64,000 nt of DNA from Balanoglossus misakiensis (lineage: Eukaryota > Animalia > Hemichordata), in contig CM082585.2 of assembly GCA_040954595.2 (NCBI GenBank), positions 6,225,808-6,289,807 of the forward strand, read 5' to 3'. The notes under the pieces are model-generated. The model made no database searches, was not told the DNA's origin, and worked only from the letters and a program-made list of their open reading frames with translations. The first letter of the stretch is position 1, and every line of letters starts with the position of its first letter. Below, in pieces: positions 13,746 to 26,008 of this stretch. A program made the translations under genes and the position numbers.

Positions 13746-16700
13746 GACTTCTTTTCCAGGTTGCAGATCAACAGAGTGCTATGTTTGGCCAGTGTTGCTT
13801 TAACAAAGGTGACGTCAAGTGTACCATGGGGACAGGAACATTCCTAAATATCAATGTTGGTAACAAACCTTTGCCCTCAAAGACAGGTATGCTGCTACCA
13901 ATTTAGTGTACTACTGGATGTAAAAATAAACAAATTTACATAAATAAAAAAATTAAAAAAAACATGATGAGAGTAACAAATAAATCAATTCTTCGGTACA
14001 GTAGTAAATCTTGTAAAGCACTGGAATTTTGCAAAAAATATGATTAGGAAATTAGGTGGTGGAAATTTGCAAATTAGTGGAAAAATTTGTGTCAGTAAAA
14101 TTCTATAGAAACCTAAAGTTTTACGTGCCACAACTCAAACAGCAAGTTTCATTTTTGTCCAGTTTGGTGTTTACGGATAATCGTTGATGATGAGTGCTTT
14201 TCTAGTCAACTACGAAGGGCTTCCATTTTTAGAATACAATCTTTTTTCTAAAGGGCCTTTCTCTGCTTCCTAGGTTTGTATTCGCTGGTTTGTTGGAAGA
14301 TCAAAGATGATGTGGTTTTTGTTGTGGAAGGGAATTCTGCAGACACTGGGACAGCCGTCGTTTGGGGGAAATCAGTCGGTAAGTTGTGATTTACATTTGA
14401 CTCAGATGAAATTTCCCACATGTCTTTAGGTAAAATCTAACAAATTCTCACTTACACGAACATTGCACTGTTTTTTTCACTTTTACCAACAGGGTTGTAC
14501 GATGATGTCAGCGAGACAGCTGTTCTCGCACGATCTGTGCCAGATTCAAACAGGACGTATTTTGTGCCAGCATTTAGCGGATTACAGGTAAATTAACCAT
14601 CACCATAAAAATCTAATTATATCTGTCCATCAACCAGTAAACATGAGCAGACCGTAGTATCCTTCATTTGCATACAACTCATATTTGTGTCATATTTAAT
14701 ACAAATCATGATTAAAAATGAATGATGGACAGTAACTATGCATTCTGGACTTGTGTGAGTTGTCTGTAGCAAAGTCTATGCAGTGTGTTGTTGACAGGAA
14801 AAAAAATGCACTATAAACCTGAACATTGAAGTGTTTAGATTCAAGTACACACACGCATATATAATTGTGATTTTGCATGCATAGGACCTACATAAATTCT
14901 GCAGTAACACCTAAACATCTAGAAAATAAATTGTCCCAGAGTCAACCTCAGGTATTCCTTTCTTGTGGAGAAAAGCACTTACATTTTTGGTTTTTGTTGG
15001 TCCATTGGGTTAAATTACTTTGTAGTCGTGATGTACAGATCTAGCGAATTTCAATGGTAACTCAAATATGAATCTCTGTGTCATTTAGGCTCCTGTGAAT
15101 GATGACAGTGCATGCTGTGCATTTATCGACATCAAACCGACAACCACCAAAGAACATATGGTGAGAGCAATATTGGAATCAGTGGTTTTCAGGTGAGATT
15201 TTAGTAGTGCGTGAGTGATTTCACGAGTCGCTGCAAATGATTATCGGAGCAGTGAACTCGATCTTGTAATCCTTGTTGAAGGTGGTTTTAGTAACACTGT
15301 TGTAATGTGTGCAGTATTAAGTTTGTCATATTGTATATCGAATAACCTCTCTGTATATGAATAGAATTGCAACCCCTCAAAGGACAGTTTGACAACAGAT
15401 GATAAGCACTGTCTGTGAATGATTAGCCAGTTTGACGGTACATGTACCACCAAAATGTGAAGTGGAGCATAATTGGAGGAAAGTACACTGCCAGGTACTA
15501 CTAAAGATGGGCAGTGTATTACTAATGGATATTTTCTGTTGTTGCAGATTCAAACAGTTGCTTGACACGGCTACAGCTGAGGTCCCGTTTCCTCTGTCGT
15601 CTGACATCAGGTTGGTTTTCTTGTCGATTGGGTTTTTCTGCTGGAATTCAGTTGGTGGTATTCAACATGGCGTCTGTCTGTCCGTTACCATGACATTTCG
15701 GGTCAGTCCTGACCACGCAGAGAATTCTACTTTAAAGGGACGAAGTCTCTCTCTCGCTGCCCCTTTTCCATTAATTATGTTTGATACAAGACACCGTTTA
15801 TGTTATTCTACATGTGGATATTAGTGAATCAACATTCAACCACACATCCCGCTTGTAGACACAAGAGTGAAAAACTCGCCAAAATGAATAATTGGTCTCT
15901 ACCATTTATTGATTTTGGTGAGATTTTTACTCTCATATCCTACAAATGGGGTGGAAGTTGTGTGTGATCGAATGTTGATTCACGATATATCCACATGTAC
16001 ATTAACTTAATCAGTGTCTTGTATCAAACATAATCAATGGGAAAATCGCAGAGAGAGAGAGAGACTTTGTCCCTTTAAGTTCTGTCGGTTTAGCAAGAAT
16101 GTACACTCATCGATAGTTTGTCCATCTATTTCAGAATGGACGGTGGGGTCGGAAACAACGAGTTTGTTGTGCAACTTCTGGCCGACTTGACCAACAAACC
16201 GGTTGACCTCGCTCTGAACTTAGATGCTACGTGTGTTGGTGCTGCATTTCTGGCTGGTCTCCAAGTGGGTGAGTACACATTGCTATGCCATCGAGGAAAG
16301 TACTTTTATTCGGTAGGAACTGTAGTTGTCTCAGAATTTATGTACACAGCTAATGATAAAGGTGCCCTGATGGATTTGAGCAGGTTTGTGCTGGAAATTT
16401 TCAGAATGAGACTGAATATACCTGATAAAGTACATGCCACACCTGAATGTACTTTTCAATTTTCACACTTGAGTATACTATGCTTTTAAATCTTTCCGGC
16501 ATTTTTACTGGGAAAAGTCTCTGAATTCTAAATTTTCCAGCTTTATGCCGGAGAAAAAGTGAACACACTTCTACGCAAGCTCTTTCAATTTGGCTTTTCG
16601 AAATTTTAATAATTTTTCCCATCTTTTTTCCCTCCAGGCATTTGGGACAGCAAGGAGAGCCTGAAGGAATTGCGGAAAAGCAGGAAAATCTATGAATCCC

Positions 16701-16786
16701 ATAATTTGCAGGAGAAGTACGAAAAAGTGTTGAAGGAATGGGAGAAGTCTGTTAGCAGATGCAAGAGGTGGAATCTTCAAAAATAG
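9263..16786 (+). CDS. GK5: Putative glycerol kinase 5 (FGGY family). Sixteen exons: 9263-9379, 10691-10784, 10994-11069, 11344-11437, 11713-11844, 12067-12142, 12322-12383, 12520-12593, 13320-13380, 13760-13886, 14274-14378, 14493-14587, 15089-15192, 15548-15610, 16135-16268, 16638-16786
   Basis: All exon phases are compatible. Motifs: [95 protein letters not shown]. The W-x-L-T..DPF and GLQAP variants match GK5 rather than canonical GK. Confidence 0.93.
9529..9621. mobile_element. hAT-like MITE in GK5 intron 1
   Basis: 22-bp perfect TIR CACAGGCCCTTAAATCAACAAC / GTTGTTGATTTAAGGGCCTGTG. Flanks TGATATGC / CAATATGC resemble a decayed 8-bp TSD. Confidence 0.65.
9927..10019. mobile_element. Palindromic (hairpin) MITE
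   Basis: CTAGACTAGCTCTGCGTGCAGGTCTGTGTGTTC ... GAACACATAGACCTGTACGCAGAGCTATAGTCTAG, a ~33-bp imperfect inverted repeat. Confidence 0.65.
10503..10567 (-). mobile_element. Partial copy of the ~90-bp piggyBac-like MITE
   Basis: ATAGAGGTCCAACTTTACCATAGAAAACAATGGATTTCGACCAAACCATGGTGGTGAAGGG. Confidence 0.7.
12725..12930. mobile_element. TA-flanked (Tc1/mariner-type) MITE
   Basis: TA|CTGTAAAACACTTTATTTTCGCG ... CGCGAAAAGAAAGTGTTTGACAT|TA. A related fragment lies at ~48207-48300. Confidence 0.65.
13472..13742. repeat. Compound (GAT/GGT/GAG)n trinucleotide repeat in GK5 intron 9
   Basis: Direct. It is the source of the spurious poly-D/poly-M/poly-S ORFs. Confidence 0.97.
15736..16074. mobile_element. 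Foldback MITE with TTAA TSD and AGG..CCT termini (Kolobok-like) in GK5 intron 14
   Basis: TTAA|AGGGACGAAGTCTCTCTCTC..TATGTTTGATACAAGACAC ... GTGTCTTGTATCAAACATAA..GAGAGAGACTTTGTCCCT|TTAA. Nearly the entire element is palindromic. Confidence 0.85.
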
Positions 16787-18302
16787 CGACCTGAAGATGT
16801 TTGATATCAACTTTTATAGACTGTGACATCTGGAGGGTGTGATACTTTCATGTGACTTGACCCATCTGTGTGTGTACGGAGTACTAGCGCTGTGAAGTGA
16901 ATGGATGAATGATTGTGTCATTCATTCATTCATTTACTTGTAATATCGGTGTAATATGTGCACATTAAGATGTTGTTTTGCAACGTGATCGAATGTGGAT
17001 GCCATTTCGGCCATTTTGCTTTTCAAATTCCCTCTATTTTGAGAGGATGGACATATTTGGTTTAGGTGCCCAAAATGCAGATGGACCAAAAACAGGACAT
17101 GCTTCTTTCTAGCCATTTAGGCAGGAATTATAAAATTTGAACAAGAATCTGGTGGGGTCAATTGAAATATCACACAAGCAAGCTGAACTTGTTATTCTTG
17201 ATTTCAAAGTAAAATCAGCGATTACCGATCTGGTTTTGATTTCATTTTTAGCAAAATCTAATGAATGAACAATGTAAATGGAAATGAAGTTTGTGCAAAA
17301 TGTGATTCCTCTCTCCAAAAGCCGGATGTGACACTGAGCAAGTTTCGTGTAAATAAGCTTGAAGGAACATATTGCTTGTTGTGTTCATTTTATTCAAATT
17401 CAAACATTCTTTATGTTCTCAAAAGTACGGCATTATGTCGCGAGTGCACAATGGAATTCCAACTTTTATATCAAAACTGTAAAGAAGTCTACAGTGTCAT
17501 TTGTGCTATTTTTTTTTGATGTGCTACAAGAGACCTTCAGTTGTTTGTCTTTTGTGAATCATGTCTATTTGAGAATCATTTTATTTTACATTTATCCGAG
17601 CAGCTTGAATTTTTAAAAGCTTTGATACTTAGCAACTTCAGATTTTGATTTTTTCAGGTATAATGAAATGTGCAATGTTTATCTTGGTGTAAGAAATCTG
17701 ATATATGCAGTGCAGGTCCTCGAGATGAGACTAATTTCTTTCATTGGTAAAATGCTATGAAATTTTCCGTGACATTTGCCAGAACATTTGTACTTTTTAT
17801 TCCTTAATTTTTTTTACTGCTCTTCAATCAGTCTTGATGTTTTCTTACGAGTTCATTGTGGTGACTTCATTCAAATTTTTGTCAAATACTTAAATTTTGA
17901 TTTTGTATTTTCAATAATATTCATTTTGGGGGGATATTGGTGGCATTTGATAGCTTAACCGTGACGGGCCAGTAGATTTTTTTTTTAAACCCCGGCAAAT
18001 TTCTACTTGAAATTTGAGATATCAACAGTTTACAACGTTTTCTACAAATGTATTTTTGATAAATTATGGAATACAGGAATAAGTTATCCAAGAGGTATTT
18101 CTACTTATAAATGTACATGAATCAGATTATATTTGATAGATTTTTCTGGATTTACAGGTCATGTGGTGTGGATCGATGTTGGGATGGTGTACAATCATGA
18201 ATATTAAAATTTATATAATTATGATAAAATCACTTGTGTGCCAACTGTCTTTGTTACAGTTACTGCTGACGTCAGAAGTGGGCTTTTCGTTAGGATGTTG
18301 AG

Positions 18303-21300
18303 TTTGAAGATTTTTGTGAGCTATAACCCATGATTTTTTTTGAAAAAATGAAGAATTTTTGAAAATTCGCAAAGTCGAAAAGTCTTCTTTTTTTGGAGAT
18401 TTTCATGAAATCTCAAAATCATCGTCGATTTTTGAAAAAAAACAAGGGTTATAGCCCATGAAAATCATCCAAAAATGACGATTTTTCGACTTTCCGAAAT
18501 ATCAAAATTTCTTCATTTTTTTGAAAAAAGCATGGGTTATAGCCCATGAAAATCATCCAAAAATGACGATTTTTCGACTTTCCGAAATATCAAAATTTCT
18601 TCATTTTTTTGAAAAAAGCATGGGTTATAGCCCATGAAAATCATCCAAAAATGACGATTTTTCGACTTTCCGAAATATCAAAATTTCTTCATTTTTTTGA
18701 AAAAAGCATGGGTTATAGCCCATGAAAATCATCCAAAAATGACGATTTTTCGACTTTCCGAAATATCAAAATTTCTTCATTTTTTTGAAAAAAGCATGGG
18801 TTATAGCCCATGAAAATCATCCAAAAATGACGATTTTTCGACTTTCCGAAATATCAAAATTTCTTCATTTTTTTGAAAAAAGCATGGGTTATAGCCCATG
18901 AAAATCATCCAAAAATGACGATTTTTCGACTTTCCGAAATATCAAAATTTCTTCATTTTTTTGAAAAAAGCATGGGTTATAGCCCATGAAAATCATCCAA
19001 AAATGACGATTTTTCGACTTTCCGAAATATCAAAATTTCTTCATTTTTTTGAAAAAAGCATGGGTTATAGCCCATGAAAATCATCCAAAAATGACGATTT
19101 TTCGACTTTCCGAAATATCAAAATTTCTTCATTTTTTTGAAAAAAGCATGGGTTATATAGCCCATGAAAATCATCCAAAAATGACGATTTTTCGACTTTC
19201 CGAAATATCAAAATTTCTTCATTTTTTTGAAAAAAGCATGGGTTATAGCCCATGAAAATCATCCAAAAATGACGATTTTTCGACTTTCCGAAATATCAAA
19301 ATTTCTTCATTTTTTTGAAAAAAGCATGGGTTATAGCCCATGAAAATCATCCAAAAATGACGATTTTTCGACTTTCCGAAATATCAAAATTTCTTCATTT
19401 TTTTGAAAAAAGCATGGGTTATAGCCCATGAAAATCATCCAAAAATGACGATTTTTCGACTTTCCGAAATATCAAAATTTCTTCATTTTTTTGAAAAAAG
19501 CATGGGTTATAGCCCATGAAAATCATCCAAAAATGACGATTTTTCGACTTTCCGAAATATCAAAATTTCTTCATTTTTTTGAAAAAAGCATGGGTTATAG
19601 CCCATGAAAATCATCCAAAAATGACGATTTTTCGACTTTCCGAAATATCACAATTTCTTCATTTTTTTGAAAAAAGCATGGGTTATAGCCCATGAAAATC
19701 ATCCAAAAATGACGATTTTTCGACTTTCCGAAATATCAAAATTTCTTCATTTTTTTGAAAAAAGCATGGGTTATAGCCCATGAAAATCATCCAAAAATGA
19801 CGATTTTTCGACTTTCCGAAATATCAAAATTTCTTCATTTTTTTGAAAAAAGCATGGGTTATAGCCCATGAAAATCATCCAAAAATGACGATTTTTCGAC
19901 TTTCCGAAATATCAAAATTTCTTCATTTTTTTGAAAAAAGCATGGGTTATAGCCCATGAAAATCATCCAAAAATGACGATTTTTCGACTTTCCGAAATAT
20001 CAAAATTTCTTCATTTTTTTGAAAAAAGCATGGGTTATAGCCCATGAAAATCATCCAAAAATGACGATTTTTCGACTTTCCGAAATATCAAAATTTCTTC
20101 ATTTTTTTGAAAAAAGCATGGGTTATAGCCCATGAAAATCATCCAAAAATGACGATTTTTCGACTTTCCGAAATATCAAAATTTCTTCATTTTTTTGAAA
20201 AAAGCATGGGTTATAGCCCATGAAAATCATCCAAAAATGACGATTTTTCGACTTTCCGAAATATCAAAATTTCTTCATTTTTTTGAAAAAAGCATGGGTT
20301 ATAGCCCATGAAAATCATCCAAAAATGACGATTTTTCGACTTTCCGAAATATCAAAATTTCTTCATTTTTTTGAAAAAAGCATGGGTTATAGCCCATGAA
20401 AATCATCCAAAAATGACGATTTTTCGACTTTCCGAAATATCAAAATTTCTTCATTTTTTTGAAAAAAGCATGGGTTATAGCCCATGAAAATCATCCAAAA
20501 ATGACGATTTTTCGACTTTCCGAAATATCAAAATTTCTTCATTTTTTTGAAAAAAGCATGGGTTATAGCCCATGAAAATCATCCAAAAATGACGATTTTT
20601 CGACTTTCCGAAATATCAAAATTTCTTCATTTTTTTGAAAAAAGCATGGGTTATAGCCCATGAAAATCATCCAAAAATGACGATTTTTCGACTTTCCGAA
20701 ATATCAAAATTTCTTCATTTTTTTGAAAAAAGCATGGGTTATAGCCCATGAAAATCATCCAAAAATGACGATTTTTCGACTTTCCGAAATATCAAAATTT
20801 CTTCATTTTTTTGAAAAAAGCATGGGTTATAGCCCATGAAAATCATCCAAAAATGACGATTTTTCGACTTTCCGAAATATCAAAATTTCTTCATTTTTTT
20901 GAAAAAAGCATGGGTTATAGCCCATGAAAATCATCCAAAAATGACGATTTTTCGACTTTCCGAAATATCAAAATTTCTTCATTTTTTTGAAAAAAGCATG
21001 GGTTATAGCCCATGAAAATCATCCAAAAATGACGATTTTTCGACTTTCCGAAATATCAAAATTTCTTCATTTTTTTGAAAAAAGCATGGGTTATAGCCCA
21101 TGAAAATCATCCAAAAATGACGATTTTTCGACTTTCCGAAATATCAAAATTTCTTCATTTTTTTGAAAAAAGCATGGGTTATAGCCCATGAAAATCATCC
21201 AAAAATGACGATTTTTCGACTTTCCGAAATATCAAAATTTCTTCATTTTTTTGAAAAAAGCATGGGTTATAGCCCATGAAAATCATCCAAAAATGACGAT

Positions 21301-24300
21301 TTTTCGACTTTCCGAAATATCAAAATTTCTTCATTTTTTTGAAAAAAGCATGGGTTATAGCCCATGAAAATCATCCAAAAATGACGATTTTTCGACTTTC
21401 CGAAATATCAAAATTTCTTCATTTTTTTGAAAAAAGCATGGGTTATAGCCCATGAAAATCATCCAAAAATGACGATTTTTCGACTTTCCGAAATATCAAA
21501 ATTTCTTCATTTTTTTGAAAAAAGCATGGGTTATAGCCCATGAAAATCATCCAAAAATGACGATTTTTCGACTTTCCGAAATATCAAAATTTCTTCATTT
21601 TTTTGAAAAAAGCATGGGTTATAGCCCATGAAAATCATCCAAAAATGACGATTTTTCGACTTTCCGAAATATCAAAATTTCTTCATTTTTTTGAAAAAAG
21701 CATGGGTTATAGCCCATGAAAATCATCCAAAAATGACGATTTTTCGACTTTCCGAAATATCAAAATTTCTTCATTTTTTTGAAAAAAGCATGGGTTATAG
21801 CCCATGAAAATCATCCAAAAATGACGATTTTTCGACTTTCCGAAATATCAAAATTTCTTCATTTTTTTGAAAAAAGCATGGGTTATAGCCCATGAAAATC
21901 ATCCAAAAATGACGATTTTTCGACTTTCCGAAATATCAAAATTTCTTCATTTTTTTGAAAAAAGCATGGGTTATAGCCCATGAAAATCATCCAAAAATGA
22001 CGATTTTTCGACTTTCCGAAATATCAAAATTTCTTCATTTTTTTGAAAAAAGCATGGGTTATAGCCCATGAAAATCATCCAAAAATGACGATTTTTCGAC
22101 TTTCCGAAATATCAAAATTTCTTCATTTTTTTGAAAAAAGCATGGGTTATAGCCCATGAAAATCATCCAAAAATGACGATTTTTCGACTTTCCGAAATAT
22201 CAAAATTTCTTCATTTTTTTGAAAAAAGCATGGGTTATAGCCCATGAAAATCATCCAAAAATGACGATTTTTCGACTTTCCGAAATATCAAAATTTCTTC
22301 ATTTTTTTGAAAAAAGCATGGGTTATAGCCCATGAAAATCATCCAAAAATGACGATTTTTCGACTTTCCGAAATATCAAAATTTCTTCATTTTTTTGAAA
22401 AAAGCATGGGTTATAGCCCATGAAAATCATCCAAAAATGACGATTTTTCGACTTTCCGAAATATCAAAATTTCTTCATTTTTTTGAAAAAAGCATGGGTT
22501 ATAGCCCATGAAAATCATCCAAAAATGACGATTTTTCGACTTTCCGAAATATCAAAATTTCTTCATTTTTTTGAAAAAAGCATGGGTTATAGCCCATGAA
22601 AATCATCCAAAAATGACGATTTTTCGACTTTCCGAAATATCAAAATTTCTTCATTTTTTGAAAAAAAGCATGGGTTATAGCCCATGAAAACCCATCCAAA
22701 ATGACGATTTTTCGACTTTCCGAAATATCAAAATTTCTTCATTTTTTTGAAAAAAGCATGGGTTATAGCCCATGAAAATCATCCAAAAATGACGATTTTT
22801 CGACTTTCCGAAATATCAAAATTTCTTCATTTTTTTGAAAAAAGCATGGGTTATAGCCCATGAAAACCATCCAAAGATGACGGATTTTTCGACTTTCCGA
22901 AATATCAAAATTTCTTCATTTTTTTGAAAAAAGCATGGGTTATAGCCCATGAAAATCATCCAAAGATGACGATTTTTCGACTTTCCGAAATATCAAAATT
23001 CTTCATTTTTTTGAAAAAAGCATGGGTTATAGCCCATGAAAATCACCCAAAGATGACGATTTTTCGACTTTCCGAAATATCAAAATTTCTTCATTTTTTT
23101 GAAAAAAGCATGGGTTATAGCCCATGAAAATCATCCAAAGATGACGATTTTTCGACTTTCCGAAATATCAAAATTTCTTCATTTTTTTGAAAAAAGCATG
23201 GGTTATAGCCCATGAAAATCATCCAAAGATGACGATTTTTCGACTTTCCGAAATATCAAAATTTCTTCATTTTTTGAAAAAAAGCATGGGTTATAGCCCA
23301 TGAAAATCATCCAAAGATGACGATTTTTCGACTTTCCGAAATATCAAAATTTCTTCATTTTTTTGAAAAAAGCATGGGTTATAGCCCATGAAAATCATCC
23401 AAAAATGACGATTTTTCGACTTTCCGAAATATCAAAATTTCTTCATTTTTTTGAAAAAAGCATGGGTTATAGCCCATGAAAATCATCCAAAAATGACGAT
23501 TTTTCGACTTTCCGAAATATCAAAATTTCTTCATTTTTTTGAAAAAAGCATGGGTTATAGCCCATGAAAATCATCCAAAAATGACGATTTTTCGACTTTC
23601 CGAAATATCAAAATTTCTTCATTTTTTTGAAAAAAGCATGGGTTATAGCCCATGAAAATCACCCAAAAATGACGATTTTTCGACTTTCCGAAATATCAAA
23701 ATTTCTTCATTTTTTTGAAAAAAGCATGGGTTATAGCCCATGAAAATCACCCAAAAATGACGATTTTTCGACTTTCCGAAATATCAAAATTTCTTCATTT
23801 TTTTGAAAAAAGCATGGGTTATAGCCCATGAAAATCACCCAAAAATGACGATTTTTCGACTTTCCGAAATATCAAAATTTCTTCATTTTTTTGAAAAAAG
23901 CATGGGTTATAGCCCATGAAAATCACCCAAAAATGACGATTTTTCGACTTTCCGAAATATCAAAATTTCTTCATTTTTTTGAAAAAAGCATGGGTTATAG
24001 CCCATGAAAATCACCCAAAAATGACGATTTTTCGACTTTCCGAAATATCAAAATTTCTTCATTTTTTTGAAAAAAGCATGGGTTATAGCCCATGAAAATC
24101 ACCCAAAAATGACGATTTTTCGACTTTCCGAAATATCAAAATTTCTTCATTTTTTTGAAAAAAGCATGGGTTATAGCCCATGAAAATCATCCAAAAATGA
24201 CGATTTTTCGACTTTCCGAAATATCAAAATTTCTTCATTTTTTTGAAAAAAGCATGGGTTATAGCCCATGAAAATCATCCAAAAATGACGATTTTTCGAC

Positions 24301-26008
24301 TTTCCGAAATATCAAAATTTCTTCATTTTTTTGAAAAAAGCATGGGTTATAGCCCATGAAAATCATCCAAAAATGACGATTTTTCGACTTTCCGAAATAT
24401 CAAAATTTCTTCATTTTTTTGAAAAAAGCATGGGTTATAGCCCATGAAAATCATCCAAAAATGACGATTTTTGGACTTTCCGAAATATCAAAATTTCTTC
24501 ATTTTTTTGAAAAAAGCATGGGTTATAGCCCATGAAAATCATCCAAAAATGACGATTTTTGGACTTTCCGAAATATCAAAATTTCTTCATTTTTTTGAAA
24601 AAAGCATGGGTTATAGCCCATGAAAATCATCCAAAAATGACGATTTTTGGACTTTCCGAAATATCAAAATTTCTTCATTTTTTTGAAAAAAGCATGGGTT
24701 ATAGCCCATGATAATCACCTAAAAATGACGATTTTTCGACTTTCCGAAATATCAAAATTTCTTCATTTTTTTGAAAAAAGCATGGGTTATAGCCCATGAA
24801 AATCATCCAAAAATGACGATTTTTCGACTTTCCGAAATATCAAAATTTCTTCATTTTTTTTAAAAAAGCATGGGTTATAGCCCATGAAAATCATCCCAAA
24901 ATGACGATTTTTCGACTTTCCGAAATATCAAAATTTCTTCATTTTTTTGAAAAAAGCATGGGTTATAGCCCATGAAAATCATCCAAAAATGACGATTTTT
25001 CGACTTTCCGAAATATCAAAATTTCTTCATTTTTTTGAAAAAAGCATGGGTTATAGCCCATGAAAATCATCCAAAAATGACGATTTTTCGACTTTCCGAA
25101 ATATCAAAATTTCTTCATTTTTTTGAAAAAAGCATGGGTTATAGCCCATGAAAATCATCCAAAAATGACGATTTTTCGACTTTCCGAAATATCAAAATTT
25201 CTTCATTTTTTTGAAAAAAGCATGGGTTATAGCCCATGAAAATCATCCAAAAATGACGATTTTTCGACTTTCCGAAATATCAAAATTTCTTCATTTTTTT
25301 GAAAAAAGCATGGGTTATAGCCCATGAAAATCATCCAAAAATGACGATTTTTCGACTTTCCGAAATATCAAAATTTCTTCATTTTTTTGAAAAAAGCATG
25401 GGTTATAGCCCATGAAAATCATCCAAAAATGACGATTTTTCGACTTTCCGAAATATCAAAATTTCTTCATTTTTTTGAAAAAAGCATGGGTTATAGCCCA
25501 TGAAAATCATCCAAAAATGACGATTTTTCGACTTTCCGAAATATCAAAATTTCTTCATTTTTTTGAAAAAAGCATGGGTTATAGCCCATGAAAATCATCC
25601 AAAAATGACGATTTTTCGACTTTCCGAAATATCAAAATTTCTTCATTTTTTTGAAAAAAGCATGGGTTATAGCCCATGAAAATCATCCAAAAATGACGAT
25701 TTTTCGACTTTCCGAAATATCAAAATTTCTTCATTTTTTTGAAAAAAGCATGGGTTATAGCCCATGAAAATCATCCAAAAATGACGATTTTTCGACTTTC
25801 CGAAATATCAAAATTTCTTCATTTTTTTGAAAAAAGCATGGGTTATAGCCCATGAAAATCATCCAAAAATGACGATTTTTCGACTTTCCGAAATATCAAA
25901 ATTTCTTCATTTTTTTGAAAAAAGCATGGGTTATAGCCCATGAAAATCATCAAAAAATGACGATTTTTCGACTTTGCGAAATCTCAAAATTTCGTCGATT
26001 TTTGAAAC
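18303..26008. repeat. Satellite array of an 88-bp monomer (GGTTATAGCCCATGAAAATCATCCAAAAATGACGATTTTTCGACTTTCCGAAATATCAAAATTTCTTCATTTTTTTGAAAAAAGCATG), about 86 head-to-tail copies from ~18447 to ~26008, preceded by one diverged inverted copy (~18303-18406)
   Basis: Directly visible. The 60-nt line pattern recurs every 1320 nt (15 x 88). Only sparse variants are present. Confidence 0.99.

Noticed and set aside
13424-13847. Poly-Asp, poly-Met and poly-Ser ORFs
   Set aside because: These are translations of an intronic triplet repeat. The frame continuous with GK5 exon 10 is the TGA-repeat frame.
18484-18500. CENP-B box in the monomer (TTCGACTTTCCGAAA)
   Set aside because: It has TTCG but lacks the A..CGGG positions of the TTCGnnnnAnnCGGG consensus.
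18447-26008. CRISPR-like array (palindromic repeats at regular spacing)
   Set aside because: There are no unique spacers (whole 88-bp units are identical), no cas genes, and the context is eukaryotic.
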